From contig JBIOIY010000001.1 in NCBI GenBank assembly GCA_044450345.1, positions 128,001 to 192,000 of the forward strand: DNA of 64,000 bases, given 5' to 3'. The notes beneath the pieces are model-generated. The model did not search any database, was not told the DNA's origin, and worked only from the letters and a program-made list of their open reading frames with translations. A program made the position numbers and the translations under genes. This document shows positions 19,610-29,915 of the stretch, one piece after another. Numbering within the stretch: position 1 is the first letter of the stretch; the number at the start of each line of letters is the position of its first letter. Source of the DNA: Thermodesulfovibrionales bacterium (lineage in GTDB: Bacteria > Nitrospirota > Thermodesulfovibrionia > Thermodesulfovibrionales > UBA6898).

Positions 19610-21013
19610 TCATATGTACTGCCTTATCAGACTCTCGACCCTTTCGTTATCGATCACTTTACCGCTGAGTTCAGGTCTGTTTGCGATATGCCGCAGCGTT
19701 GTCTCAAGATATATCTTGAAATGCCGGACCATATCCAGCAGTTTCCTGAACCCCGGACCCGCTATTACGTCCCTCTTGGCGGAGCATATCTCATTGAAAA
19801 ACGAGACGAACTCCTCATAATCGTCATGCCTGAGCAGCCGGAAAGTAAAACTTTCAAAATATAACATATAGTTCTTCATGGATTCAAAAACCTTCATCCG
19901 CTCACGTGCATTATCGGCCTTTTCCTCGATCATCTCTATAAACCTGTGAAGGACAACGATGTCCTCACGGAGACGTATCGATTGCTGCACCTTCGTCACA
20001 AAACTCACGAATATCTCTTCGCCTTCTATGTCAGGTCTGAAGTGCTGCGCCAACTGGACGATGCTCTGTTCGATAAGGTTCTTCAGTATGCCGTGGCAGT
20101 TCTCTATCTTTCCCCTGAAGTAAGGCGACGCCTTTTTACGCTGTATGTCCCTCAGCTCCTGGAGATAGACCCTCCTGTTTTCCATCGAGAACTGATAGGC
20201 GATAGAATTTAAAAGGCCCACCAGTTCAGGATCTTTGATCTTCTTGACCGCTTTTTCGACGTAGCCGCGAAATACCCCTATCTCAGACTTGAGCAGGATT
20301 AGGATAACCAGGGAAGAGTTCAGCGATATGGGCCGCTGCGTTTCAATATCGATAAACCCCATAAATCGTATGAACCTGAAAAGATAGATATAGACTACCG
20401 ACACATTCTTTCTCACCTCTCCCTGAGAGAGCGATTTCACGATGTCTGATATTTTCTGGTTCGTAATGGTATCGAATTCAGGGTTTATGCTCTTCCGGAA
20501 CGGATTGAAGAACACATTTTCCCTTATTTCCTTTCCCATCATATGTCCGATATTCATAAAACCCATGTAGGATATGGCGCCCGTCCGGATAAGATCCGAG
20601 ATAACGCCCTTCAGATTTATAAACGAGTCGTAGAGGAGGTAGAGGCCCTTTTCCGGGGTGTCCTGCCGATAAAGTCCTTCCCTGAAATCGTCCCTCTCCC
20701 GGGCAGAAAGAAGTTTCGACTCGGCAAACTTTTGAAACCAGTAGGCGTTTTTTTTGTTCTCGGGGATGATCACCTCGAGAATGCCCAAGACGCGGAGGAT
20801 CGCATCCCGTACGGTGACCAGTTCCTCATAGAAATTCCTGTTAGTGAGGTCGTCGTTTGAATACGTCAGATTGTCGATATTGAAGAAGCGGTCAAGGGCG
20901 CGGAGAAGGACGTCGAGCTCCGAGAAAAACTTAGGGTTGGCCTTCTTTGATTCCCTGACCCAGTCCTCCCTCTCATCTTTCCGCAACGTAGGGGTCATTC
21001 CGGTCGCTCTCAT
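19610..21013 (-). CDS. Hypothetical soluble protein, 467 aa
   Basis: Long ORF translationally coupled to lpdA (ATGA overlap); no recognised motif. Confidence 0.8.
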   Translation of the reverse strand: MRATGMTPTLRKDEREDWVRESKKANPKFFSELDVLLRALDRFFNIDNLTYSNDDLTNRNFYEELVTVRDAILRVLGILEVIIPENKKNAYWFQKFAESKLLSARERDDFREGLYRQDTPEKGLYLLYDSFINLKGVISDLIRTGAISYMGFMNIGHMMGKEIRENVFFNPFRKSINPEFDTITNQKISDIVKSLSQGEVRKNVSVVYIYLFRFIRFMGFIDIETQRPISLNSSLVILILLKSEIGVFRGYVEKAVKKIKDPELVGLLNSIAYQFSMENRRVYLQELRDIQRKKASPYFRGKIENCHGILKNLIEQSIVQLAQHFRPDIEGEEIFVSFVTKVQQSIRLREDIVVLHRFIEMIEEKADNARERMKVFESMKNYMLYFESFTFRLLRHDDYEEFVSFFNEICSAKRDVIAGPGFRKLLDMVRHFKIYLETTLRHIANRPELSGKVIDNERVESLIRQYI

Positions 21014-22395
21014 CTCTTCGGCACATGGACCGCTTCGCCGTGGACGTCTTCCGCCGCTTCCATGATGCCCTCCGACAGCGTAGGGTGAGCATGTATGGTG
21101 CCGCCGATATCTCCCACTGTCCGGCCGGTCTTCATAGCCAAGGCGACCTCATGGATAAGATCTGACGCATGGGGACCGATAATATGGGCGCCCACTATCC
21201 TGTCTGTCCGTTCTTCTCCGATGATCTTGATAAAACCGGAAATCTCGCCCATCGCGTGGGCCTTTCCCAGCGCCCTGAACTCGAAATGGCCCATTCTTAT
21301 CTTGATGCCTTTTTCTTCCGCCTCGTATTCCCTCAAGCCTACGGATGCTATTTCGGGAGACGTGAAAATCGCCGCCGGCACGACACGATAATCCATGACC
21401 TCATCGCCGCCCATGCTGTTCTCCGCGGCCACAAGCCCTTCTCTCGACGCCAGATGCGCAAGCAGCATACCGCCCCTGACATCGCCGATCGCATAGACAC
21501 CCGGGACGCTCGTTTCCATCTTTTCATTTACCAGGACTTCCCCACGTTTCCCCTTTGCTACGCCGATTGGCTCGCACCCGAGATTATCGCTGTTCAATGT
21601 CCTGCCGATAGAGACCAGCATCTTCCCGGCGACGACTTCCCTGCCGTCTGAAAGGAAAGCGTGGACGCCGTCATCCCTTACCTCCACCTTCTCAACGCGC
21701 ACTTCAGTATAGAGTTTGATCTTTTTCTTCTTCAATTCTCTTTCGAGAAGTTCCGAGATCTCGAGATCTTCCGTCGCGACAGCCCGGTTCATCATCTCGA
21801 CCATCGTCACCTCGGACCCCAGTTCCCTGTATATGCAGGCAAATTCGCAGCCTATGACCCCGGCCCCCACAACCAGAAGGCTCTTCGGTATTTCAGTAAG
21901 CACGAGTGCGTCGGTCGAAGAAAGAATTTTCTTCCCGTCAAAGGGAAACGTCGTTATCTCCGCAGGCCTGGAGCCTGTCGCGATAATGATCTTGTCCGCC
22001 TCGACCTTTTCCTTCCCTCCGTCCCTCAGCGTCACTTCGAGCTCGCGGGGAGACGTGAGTACGCCCCTCCCTTCCTTCACTGCGATGCCCCAGCTTTTGA
22101 AGAGTCCTCTGATGCCCTTCACCTGTGTCCCGACAACCTTGTCTTTCCTCTCGAGGATCTTCGCCAGGTTAGGGACGACAGTGCCGTTCAACTCAATTCC
22201 GTACTTGTCGAGTTCCCTGACCTTCGAAAGCACATCGCAAGATGCGATAATCGTCTTCGTAGGGATGCACCCCCTGTTCAGACACGTGCCTCCCACCTCG
22301 GTGTCCTCGATGACCGTGACCTGCGCCCCCAGCTGGGCCGCCTTTATCGCGGCAACGTATCCTCCCGGACCGCTGCCGACGACGGTCAGTCTCAC
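21010..22395 (-). CDS. lpdA: Dihydrolipoyl dehydrogenase
   Basis: GSGPGGYVAA, GGTCLNRGCIP, GAGVIG.E, HAHPTLSE. Confidence 0.96.
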   Translation of the reverse strand: MRLTVVGSGPGGYVAAIKAAQLGAQVTVIEDTEVGGTCLNRGCIPTKTIIASCDVLSKVRELDKYGIELNGTVVPNLAKILERKDKVVGTQVKGIRGLFKSWGIAVKEGRGVLTSPRELEVTLRDGGKEKVEADKIIIATGSRPAEITTFPFDGKKILSSTDALVLTEIPKSLLVVGAGVIGCEFACIYRELGSEVTMVEMMNRAVATEDLEISELLERELKKKKIKLYTEVRVEKVEVRDDGVHAFLSDGREVVAGKMLVSIGRTLNSDNLGCEPIGVAKGKRGEVLVNEKMETSVPGVYAIGDVRGGMLLAHLASREGLVAAENSMGGDEVMDYRVVPAAIFTSPEIASVGLREYEAEEKGIKIRMGHFEFRALGKAHAMGEISGFIKIIGEERTDRIVGAHIIGPHASDLIHEVALAMKTGRTVGDIGGTIHAHPTLSEGIMEAAEDVHGEAVHVPKR

Positions 22396-22778
22396 TTCGC
22401 TTCCTCTTCCACGTACTTTTCATACTCCGAGGAGTCCATGAGGTCGTCTGCCTCCGAGGGGTTATCGAGTTCGACCACGACTATCCATCCCTTGCCGTAA
22501 GGGTCCTCGTTGATTATTTCCGGCGATTCGGAAAGCTCTTCGTTTACCTTGATAATCTTGCCTCCGACCGGCGATATGACAGAAGACGTGGCCTTCGTCG
22601 ATTCGATCTCCGATATTTCACTGTTCGGCTCGACGATCTCATCCACATCAGGAAGGTCGATATACACGATGTCTCCCAAAGCGTCTTGAGCATAATCCGT
22701 GATTCCGATCGTCCCCTTCTTCCCTGAGACTCTTACCCATGTGTGTTCCTTGTGGTACCTGAAATCTTCGGGATTCAT
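22392..22778 (-). CDS. gcvH: Glycine cleavage H-type lipoyl carrier protein
   Basis: EHTW, GITDYAQDALGDIVY, IESTKA (lipoyl Lys), INEDPYGKGW; AAGGAGG before ATG 22778. Confidence 0.94.
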   Translation of the reverse strand: MNPEDFRYHKEHTWVRVSGKKGTIGITDYAQDALGDIVYIDLPDVDEIVEPNSEISEIESTKATSSVISPVGGKIIKVNEELSESPEIINEDPYGKGWIVVVELDNPSEADDLMDSSEYEKYVEEEAK

Positions 22779-22899
22779 TGCTTCCTCCTTCTTCTTCATA
22801 TTCAACGTTGCGCTTGCTTATTAGAGTCTGCAGTCTCCGTAGAATAATTTCAAAACCCCTGAGTTACTCTAATATACCATTAAACCTGTTTGAGGGAAA

Positions 22900-25476
22900 T
22901 TAAAATTTTGCCTTGTTTTTCAGCTCGATAATCTTGGAGAGGGCCGCATCCGGACTGAGCTTTTCCACATCGATATTCATGATCTCATTCACTATCGAGT
23001 CGTTCACGGAGGAGAAGAGATCGAGCTGTTCCCTGCGCTTTTTTCCCTTGCCGCTCGCGAGCTTCGGGTTCCCGGTCTCGTTAAGTTCCTCATTCTCCAG
23101 ATTATGGAGGACCTCTTTCGAGCGCTTGATTATGCTCTCGGGGATGCCGGCCAGCCTTGCAACCTGGATCCCGTAGCTCTTGTCGCCGGGGCCCTCCTCG
23201 ATCTTTCTGAGAAAAATGATTTCGTCACCCCATTCCCTCACCGACACGGTATAGTTCTTCACGCCCCCGATGGCGAGGGCGAGTTCTGTGAGCTCGTTGT
23301 AATGAGTGGCGAACAGCGTTCTTGCCTTAATGACGTTGACGATATGTTCGGCAATCGCCCAGGCGATGCTTATCCCATCGAAGGTACTCGTGCCCCTTCC
23401 GACCTCATCGAGTATGATAAGGCTGTCCGACGTGGCGTTGTTCATGATGTTTGACGCCTCTATCATCTCCACCATGAAGGTGCTCTGCCCCTTCGAAAGG
23501 AAGTCCGAGGCCCCTATCCGCGTAAAGATCCTGTCTGTAATGCCTATGGCCGCAGACCCTGCCGGCACGAAGCTCCCCATCTGGGCCATAAGCACGATCA
23601 GGGCGACCTGTCTCATGTATGTGGACTTCCCGGCCATGTTCGGTCCGGTAATAACATGGAGCATGCTGTCGCCGGTATCGATAAAAGTGCTGTTCGGAAC
23701 AAACCGCTCATTCGAAGACACGCGTTCCAGAACCGCATGTCTTCCGTCTGTAATGTCTATGAGCGGAACGTCCGCCAAAGAGGGCCTCACGTAGTTGTAC
23801 CGCTTGGCGGCCACTGCAAGGGACGCAAGAAAATCGACAGAGGCGACGGCGTTGGCGGCGGTCATGAGCGCCTCAGACTCCTCCCTGACCGATTCGAGCA
23901 CACGCCTGAATATCTCGTATTCCAGGTTCTTAAGCCTCTCTTCCGAGCCGATGACCTTGCTTTCATAATCCTTGAGTTCGGCGTTGATAAACCTTTCACT
24001 GCCGACAAGCGTCTGCTTCCTTGTATACTCTTCCGGCACCAGATCGAGGTTCGTTTTGGTGACTTCGATAAAGTATCCGAAAATCCTGTTGTAGCCGATC
24101 TTCAAAGAAGATATCCCTGTCCTCTTCTTTTCCCTCTGCTCCATCTCCGCTATAAAATTTTTGCCCTTCGTGGATATCTCCCTGAGGGAATCTATCTCTT
24201 CGTTGAACCTGTCCTTGATAATTCCTCCGTCTTTGACTCCGGGAGGCGGGCTGTCGACGATGCTCTTTTCGATAAGCTCCCTCAGCAGCGAAAACTCCGC
24301 AATCTCCGCCGACAGCGCCTTAAGGGAATACTCCTTTGAGAGAGAGAGGGATTTCTTGACCTTCGGGAGAGCAGCAAGAGAACTCTTTATCGCCACAAGG
24401 TCGCGCGCGTTGGCCGTGCCGCCCGATACCCTCGACGCCAGCCTTTCGATGTCCTGCACCTTCCTGAGCAGCGTCCTGAGTTCATCAAGAAGTTCAAAAT
24501 TATTCACCAGGTATTCGACCGCCCCATGCCTGGCCGTAATCTCGCCGGCGTCGGTCAGGGGCCTGAGCAGTACGGCCCTGAGGAACCTTCCCCCCATCGG
24601 GGTCAGCGTCTCATCGAGCACCTGCAGGAGTGTCCCTTCACGCGAGCCGTCTCTGAGGTTATGGACCAGTTCGAGGTTCCTCTGCGTAGCGGCATCGAGA
24701 AACATGCACGCGTTCTGCTTAAGGGTCGTGATCTTCTTGAACCTGATCAGATCTTTTTGCGTATTTTCGAGATAGCTGATGAGCGCACCCGCCGCAGATA
24801 CCGCGGCGGTCAGTCCTTCGCAGCCGTACCCCTCGAGCGAGGACACCCTGAAATGAACGAGCAGCGTCCGGTACGCCTCGGTATAATCGAAAAACCAGTC
24901 TTCGACCCCAGACAGGTAAAATCCCGAGAGCGCCTCCTGGTAGTGGATGTTCTCTTTCATGCTGACCGGCAGGAGCACCTCCTTCGGTTCGAACCGGCCC
25001 ACTTCGTCTTCTATGTTTTCGCCGGTCTCAAACACGATGAACTCCCCGGTCGATATGTCGGCGGCAGCAATGCCGTGCCTCTCACCGTGAGGAAACACGC
25101 TTATGATATACGTATTCTCTTTCGGGTTTTCAGGTGCATGCGTCCCGGGTGTAATCACCCTCACCACGTCCCGCGCAACAATCCCCTTCGCCTCTTTCGG
25201 GTCTTCCATCTGTTCGCACACAGCTACCTTCTGGCCCGCCTTTATCAATTTTGAGATATACGATTCCGCCGCAAAGTAGGGAACGCCGCACATCGGGACG
25301 GGATTGTCCTTCGTTTTTTCCCTAGTAGTGAGCGCTATCTGGAGGATCTTCGAGGCCTTCTCGGCGTCCTCGCCGAACATTTCGTAGAAATCGCCGCACC
25401 GGAACAGCACTATCGCGTCGCCGTGCTTTTCCTTGATGCTGAAGTACTGCTTCATAAGAGGTGTGAGTTCCGACAT
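22900..25476 (-). CDS. mutS: DNA mismatch repair protein MutS
   Basis: TPLMKQY, GDFYEMF, TGPNMAGKSTY, DEVGRGTST, FATHY, SYGIQVA. Confidence 0.98.
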   Translation of the reverse strand: MSELTPLMKQYFSIKEKHGDAIVLFRCGDFYEMFGEDAEKASKILQIALTTREKTKDNPVPMCGVPYFAAESYISKLIKAGQKVAVCEQMEDPKEAKGIVARDVVRVITPGTHAPENPKENTYIISVFPHGERHGIAAADISTGEFIVFETGENIEDEVGRFEPKEVLLPVSMKENIHYQEALSGFYLSGVEDWFFDYTEAYRTLLVHFRVSSLEGYGCEGLTAAVSAAGALISYLENTQKDLIRFKKITTLKQNACMFLDAATQRNLELVHNLRDGSREGTLLQVLDETLTPMGGRFLRAVLLRPLTDAGEITARHGAVEYLVNNFELLDELRTLLRKVQDIERLASRVSGGTANARDLVAIKSSLAALPKVKKSLSLSKEYSLKALSAEIAEFSLLRELIEKSIVDSPPPGVKDGGIIKDRFNEEIDSLREISTKGKNFIAEMEQREKKRTGISSLKIGYNRIFGYFIEVTKTNLDLVPEEYTRKQTLVGSERFINAELKDYESKVIGSEERLKNLEYEIFRRVLESVREESEALMTAANAVASVDFLASLAVAAKRYNYVRPSLADVPLIDITDGRHAVLERVSSNERFVPNSTFIDTGDSMLHVITGPNMAGKSTYMRQVALIVLMAQMGSFVPAGSAAIGITDRIFTRIGASDFLSKGQSTFMVEMIEASNIMNNATSDSLIILDEVGRGTSTFDGISIAWAIAEHIVNVIKARTLFATHYNELTELALAIGGVKNYTVSVREWGDEIIFLRKIEEGPGDKSYGIQVARLAGIPESIIKRSKEVLHNLENEELNETGNPKLASGKGKKRREQLDLFSSVNDSIVNEIMNIDVEKLSPDAALSKIIELKNKAKF

Positions 25477-25523
25477 ACCACCTATTAAATAATATCGTAC
25501 GGGTAAAGTGCAACCAAAGAGAA

Positions 25524-25627
25524 TAACCCCTCTTGCCCTCCCCTTACCTCAAGGGGAGGAAGCTGAGCTTCCCGATCTGGAAGCAATAATTCCCCCTCTT
25601 GGGTTAAGAGGGGGCTAGGGGGCGTTA
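25524..25627. repeat. Two-hairpin repeat, family B, copy 1
   Basis: TAACCCC..CCTCCCCTTACCTCAAGGGGAGG..TCCCCCTCTTGGGTTAAGAGGGGG..GGGGGCGTTA; direct copy at 26161-26241 and partial copy near 4980-5028. Confidence 0.88.
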
Positions 25628-25749
25628 CTAAGAATCAGGTGTCGTTACCCTGAAAAAGTTTTCTTCCTTAAGGACCAGCATGGCTGTTACAAATAACCGG
25701 GAAAGATTTTAATATTGATGAGAAATTTATGGAGAAAGATAATCCGTAA

Positions 25750-26160
25750 ATGCCGCTCTCGCTCAACGAAATAAAGGACCGCGCCCTCGCCCTTTCACGC
25801 GAGTGGGAAGGTGCGCGGACAGAGCGCGCAGAGGCGGGGGCGTTATGCCGAAAGGGAAGGCAGAGGGATTAGTTAGCGCAATCGAGCAAGCGGCGGCGGG
25901 CGTGCTTGATGCCCGTGCTTCGCATCCCGAATCTTCGCTGGCCGACCTGTATGATCCAGTCGCCATGCCGCCGGATTTACGAAAGGCGCATCAGGCGCTC
26001 GACAAGGCCGTGGATGTTGCCGATGGTAGGGGCACGTTGCAACGTGCCCTTACTCCCGAATGCCGTGCGCGTGGCCTTTCTTTTTGAGCTATATCATAAA
26101 TACACAAGCCTGCTGCCTTCGCCGGAAAAGCCGAGACAGCGCAGGAGAAAAAGAACATGA
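25750..26160 (+). pseudogene. Collapsed MmeI-family (type IIL) restriction-modification gene remnant
   Basis: Three frames: MPLSLNEIKDRALALSREW (N-terminus), AIEQAAAGVLDARASHPESSLADLYDPVAMPPDLRKAHQALDKAVD, and RVAFLFELYHKYT (C-terminus); the central domains are absent. Confidence 0.8.
26026..26058. repeat. GTAG-type REP palindrome, family D, copy 2, inside the MmeI relic
   Basis: GTAGGGGCACGTTGCAACGTGCCCTTACTCCCG with a perfect 20-bp palindrome at 26030-26049. Confidence 0.8.
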
Positions 26161-26241
26161 TAACCCCTCCCGCCTCCCCTTACCTCAAGGGGAGGACAAA
26201 GAATTCCCCCTCTTGGGTTAAGAGGGGGCTGGGGGGCGTTA
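26161..26241. repeat. Two-hairpin repeat, family B, copy 2
   Basis: Near-identical to 25524-25627 with a shorter spacer. Confidence 0.88.
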
Positions 26242-26310
26242 CTAAAAAAAATCCTTCACCTCCTAAATGTTCAGGGGGTGTTTCCGTGGTCGTGCTCTCC
26301 CTCCCTTTTC

Positions 26311-26340
26311 TTGACATATCAGCCGGATTATCTTTATAAT
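26311..26340 (+). promoter_or_regulatory. Sigma70 promoter for yceD-rpmF-plsX-fabH
   Basis: TTGACA-N18-TATAAT. Confidence 0.75.
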
Positions 26341-26375
26341 TCTAAGATAATTTCGGTATTTATCGGTCTTTTAAA

Positions 26376-26876
26376 ATGAAGATAGTGATAGCGGACATCC
26401 CTGACGAGGGCCTGGAAGTAGATATCGAGGAGAGGGTGGAACCGGAGGACGTTTCCCTGTCCGGTCCGGTAATTTCACAGCTCTCGCTGAACAAGGTCGC
26501 AGCGGAGATCATCATCACCGGAAGGCTTAAGACTGAAATGGAACTCCAGTGCAGCAGATGCCTTAAGGATTTCAGGCAGGGCCTCGACATTTCTGTCAAT
26601 GTCGTATATCATCCGGTGGAAGACGCCGCCGGAGAGAGACACGCCCTGAAGGACGACGAGCTGGACATGGGGTTTTACGAGGGCGAGGAACTCGACCTGC
26701 AGGAGCTTCTCAAAGAGCAGATACTGCTGAATACGCAGATGAAGCCTCTCTGTAACGAACAGTGCAAGGGTATCTGTCCCAAATGCGGGAAAGACCTGAA
26801 TACCGGACAATGCAACTGCAGCCGGAAGGAAATTGATCCGAGGCTGGAAGTGCTCAAGAATTTTCTTGAAAAATGA
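26376..26876 (+). CDS. yceD: YceD/DUF177 family protein
   Basis: CSRCL, PLCNEQCKGICPKCG, DPRL; upstream of rpmF. Confidence 0.9.
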   Translation: MKIVIADIPDEGLEVDIEERVEPEDVSLSGPVISQLSLNKVAAEIIITGRLKTEMELQCSRCLKDFRQGLDISVNVVYHPVEDAAGERHALKDDELDMGFYEGEELDLQELLKEQILLNTQMKPLCNEQCKGICPKCGKDLNTGQCNCSRKEIDPRLEVLKNFLEK

Positions 26877-26888
26877 AAGGAGAGGAAA

Positions 26889-27071
26889 TTGGCTAATCCA
26901 ACACACAGACATTCACGGGCAAGGAGAGACAAGAGGAGGGCGAACTGGAAAGGGCAGACGCCTAATCTCAACCATTGTCCCGAATGTAAAGAATTAAAGC
27001 AGCCCCACCGGGCTTGTGCCAGCTGCGGCACCTACAACGGCCACAAGGTTTTAGAGATCGTCGAAAAATAA
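26889..27071 (+). CDS. rpmF: 50S ribosomal protein L32, zinc-binding form
   Basis: MANP..RHSRARRDKRR, CPEC...PHRACASCG.Y; TTG start after AGGAGAGG. Confidence 0.96.
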   Translation: MANPTHRHSRARRDKRRANWKGQTPNLNHCPECKELKQPHRACASCGTYNGHKVLEIVEK

Positions 27072-27074
27072 ACG

Positions 27075-28085
27075 ATGAGAGTCGCTCTTGACGCCATGGG
27101 TGGAGACCACGCCCCGTCCGTGAACGTGGAAGGGGCGGTCGAAACTGTTAATGAGCGCGACGATATCGAAATTATCCTTGTAGGCAATGAACCCCTTATA
27201 AGACAAGAGCTTCGGAACAAGCGGTATGACGCAGGCCGCATCTCGCTCCAGCACGCTTCAGAGGTGGTCGGGATGCAGGACCCACCCACGACGGCGCTCA
27301 GGAAAAAAAAAGATTCTTCGATCAGGATCGGCATAGACCTTGTGAAGGCAGGCAGGGCGGATGCCTTTGTGAGCGCCGGACACTCGGGGGTGGTGATGGC
27401 CACTTCACTCGTGCTGCTCGGCACGTCCAAGGGGGTGGTCAGACCAGCGATAGCTACGGTCATGCCCACATTGAAAGACACGTTTATTCTTCTTGACGCC
27501 GGAGCGAATGTCGACTGCAAGCCGGAACACCTGCTTCAGTTCGCCTTAATGGGGAATACCTATTGTAAGCTCCTGCTCGGCAAGGCAATGCCCAAAGTGG
27601 CCCTGTTGAGCATCGGAGAGGAAGACACCAAAGGCAACGAACTCACCAAGGAAGCCTTTAAGCTCATAAAGAACACGCGTCTGAATTTCATCGGCAACAT
27701 CGAAGGGAAAGACATGTTCACGGGCAAGGCCGATGTGATTGTCTGTGACGGCTTCATCGGCAATATCGCCCTTAAAATCAGTGAGGGGCTTGCCGAGACC
27801 ATCCTGAAGATGCTAAAAAGGGAGATCACGTCGGTCTCTACCGGAAGGATAGGGTATCTCATGATGAAACCGGCCATAAGGAACTTTAAGAAGAAGACCG
27901 ACTACGACGAATACGGCGGGGCGCCGCTGCTCGGCATTAACGGCGCGTGCATCATCAGCCACGGCAGGTCAAGTGCAAAGGCGATCAAGAACGCCCTGAA
28001 GGTGGCATCGGGGTACGCCGGCAAGAGGGTCTTTGAGGCGATTTCGACGGACATACAAAACGAACTTGTGGACAGAGGCGCATAA
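27075..28085 (+). CDS. plsX: Phosphate acyltransferase PlsX
   Basis: ALDAMGGDHAP, LDAGAN, CDGFIGN, GGAPLLG, SHGRS. Confidence 0.96.
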   Translation: MRVALDAMGGDHAPSVNVEGAVETVNERDDIEIILVGNEPLIRQELRNKRYDAGRISLQHASEVVGMQDPPTTALRKKKDSSIRIGIDLVKAGRADAFVSAGHSGVVMATSLVLLGTSKGVVRPAIATVMPTLKDTFILLDAGANVDCKPEHLLQFALMGNTYCKLLLGKAMPKVALLSIGEEDTKGNELTKEAFKLIKNTRLNFIGNIEGKDMFTGKADVIVCDGFIGNIALKISEGLAETILKMLKREITSVSTGRIGYLMMKPAIRNFKKKTDYDEYGGAPLLGINGACIISHGRSSAKAIKNALKVASGYAGKRVFEAISTDIQNELVDRGA

Positions 28086-28086
28086 A

Positions 28087-29067
28087 ATGCTCAGGGGAAG
28101 GATCATCGCCACAGGCTCATACGTTCCCGATAATGTCATTACAAACCAAGACCTCGAAAAGATAATCGAGACCTCCGACGAATGGATCATGGAGAGGACG
28201 GGGATAAGGGAACGGAGGATCGTCGACAGCCACCAGGCGACTTCAGACCTCGCCTACGAGGCTGCTTCCATCGCCCTTAAGAGGGCACACCTCAAACCAA
28301 AGGACATCGACCTCATTATAGTGGCCACGATAACGCCTGACATGCCGTTTCCTTCGACCGCCTGCATCCTCCAGGACAGGCTCGGCGCAAAAAGCGCTGC
28401 CGCCTTCGACGTAAACGCCGCATGTTCGGGTTTCTTATACGGCCTTCATGTCGCCAATGGCCTTATACGGTCGGGACTTCACCAGCGCATTCTTCTGATC
28501 GGAGCCGAGGTCTTGTCAAAGGTCACGGACTGGCAGGACCGTACTACCTGCATCCTCTTCGGCGACGGCGCAGGGGCCGTTATCATCGAGGCGACCAGGG
28601 AAAAAAGAGGGATACTGTCGACACATATCAGTTCCGACGGAAGCCTCTCTGATCTGATATGTCTCCCCGGCGGCGGGTCAAGAAATCCCTGTTCCAGGGA
28701 CACCATACTCAAGCGGCTCAACTTCATCAAGATGAAAGGCAATGAAACTTTCAAAGTGGCCGTGCGAACGCTGGAAGAACTTGTGGTCAAGACCCTCAGG
28801 GACAACAACCTGGAAGCCTCACAGCTTTCTCTCCTGATACCCCATCAGGCCAATATCAGAATTATCCAGGCCACGGCAAAACGTCTCAATATGCCGATGG
28901 AAAAGGTATTCGTGAACATCGACAAAGTGGGAAATACCTCGGCGGCATCGGTCCCCATCGCCCTTGACGAGGCAGTCCAAACCGGCAGGGTGCAGGACGG
29001 CGATTATGTTCTTCTCGAGGCATTTGGCGGCGGACTCACCTGGGCGTCTTCATTGATCAAGTGGTAG
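28087..29067 (+). CDS. fabH: 3-oxoacyl-ACP synthase III
   Basis: WIMERTGI, AACSGF, FGDGAGA, PHQAN.RI, GNTSAAS, FGGGLTW. Confidence 0.96.
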   Translation: MLRGRIIATGSYVPDNVITNQDLEKIIETSDEWIMERTGIRERRIVDSHQATSDLAYEAASIALKRAHLKPKDIDLIIVATITPDMPFPSTACILQDRLGAKSAAAFDVNAACSGFLYGLHVANGLIRSGLHQRILLIGAEVLSKVTDWQDRTTCILFGDGAGAVIIEATREKRGILSTHISSDGSLSDLICLPGGGSRNPCSRDTILKRLNFIKMKGNETFKVAVRTLEELVVKTLRDNNLEASQLSLLIPHQANIRIIQATAKRLNMPMEKVFVNIDKVGNTSAASVPIALDEAVQTGRVQDGDYVLLEAFGGGLTWASSLIKW

Positions 29068-29131
29068 CCGGCCGGGTCTGCATTTCTGCTTCTGCAGGCG
29101 GTAATAATAACTAACGCCGGCAGTCGGTCTC

Positions 29132-29848
29132 TTATTTGCCCCCCTTCCCTCCTGCGTCCGGATTCTTATGCCACAGGTGGAACAGTCTTTCGAGTTTATC
29201 TTTATACACCATGGAGAAGAAGACCATGATTATTGCAACCCCGAGGAGGGTGAAGAACTGCCGGTACTGATGATGATGAATGTAATTGCCGCCCAGGGTC
29301 AGGAGGACAGTCCCTCCCAACCTGCCGACGGTGCTCATTATCAGGAATTCCTTCGTGGTAAGATGTCCGAGGCCGAGGATGTAACACAGGAAATCCTTAG
29401 GCGTGCCGGGGAGCAGGAACAGAAGAAAGACCAGAAAGGCCCCCTTGTGATGAAGGAGGAAGTCATACTTGTCCATCGTCTCCTTCTTTACAAACTTATC
29501 CACAAAAGGCCTGCCGAATATCCTCGAAAGAAGAAAGGCGATCAACGACCCTATCGTGAGGCCGATCGTGGACAACAAAGTCCCGAGTACCGGACCATAT
29601 AAATACCCGCCGATAAACCCCGTCACTTCTCCGGGGATGGGCGCGGCCACAACCTGAAAAACCTGTAGAAAGACAAAACCAGCCCAACCGACCGGGCCCA
29701 ATGATTCTATAAAAGCCAGAATCTTTTCCTTGTCCATGAAGAAACGGAACGCCCCTGCTTCGTAGAGGACGTAAATGACCAGAAGGAAAAAAAAGAGTAA
29801 GATTATTTTGGCCTTTATGTTATTTCTATTATTATTTTCCGGTCCTAT
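29132..29848 (-). CDS. TVP38/TMEM64 (VTT, DedA superfamily) membrane protein; probable ATA start
   Basis: QVVAAPIPGE, LLPGTPKDFLCY. The frame stays open 37 codons upstream of ATG 29737 through a TM helix to ATA 29848, which is preceded by GGAGG. Confidence 0.85.
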   Translation of the reverse strand: MGPENNNRNNIKAKIILLFFFLLVIYVLYEAGAFRFFMDKEKILAFIESLGPVGWAGFVFLQVFQVVAAPIPGEVTGFIGGYLYGPVLGTLLSTIGLTIGSLIAFLLSRIFGRPFVDKFVKKETMDKYDFLLHHKGAFLVFLLFLLPGTPKDFLCYILGLGHLTTKEFLIMSTVGRLGGTVLLTLGGNYIHHHQYRQFFTLLGVAIIMVFFSMVYKDKLERLFHLWHKNPDAGGKGGK

Positions 29849-29915
29849 GTTTCACCCCTCCAACCCGTCCTTTTTTTGGACGAAGCAAAACCCGGCGACA
29901 AAGAACTCGTCACCT

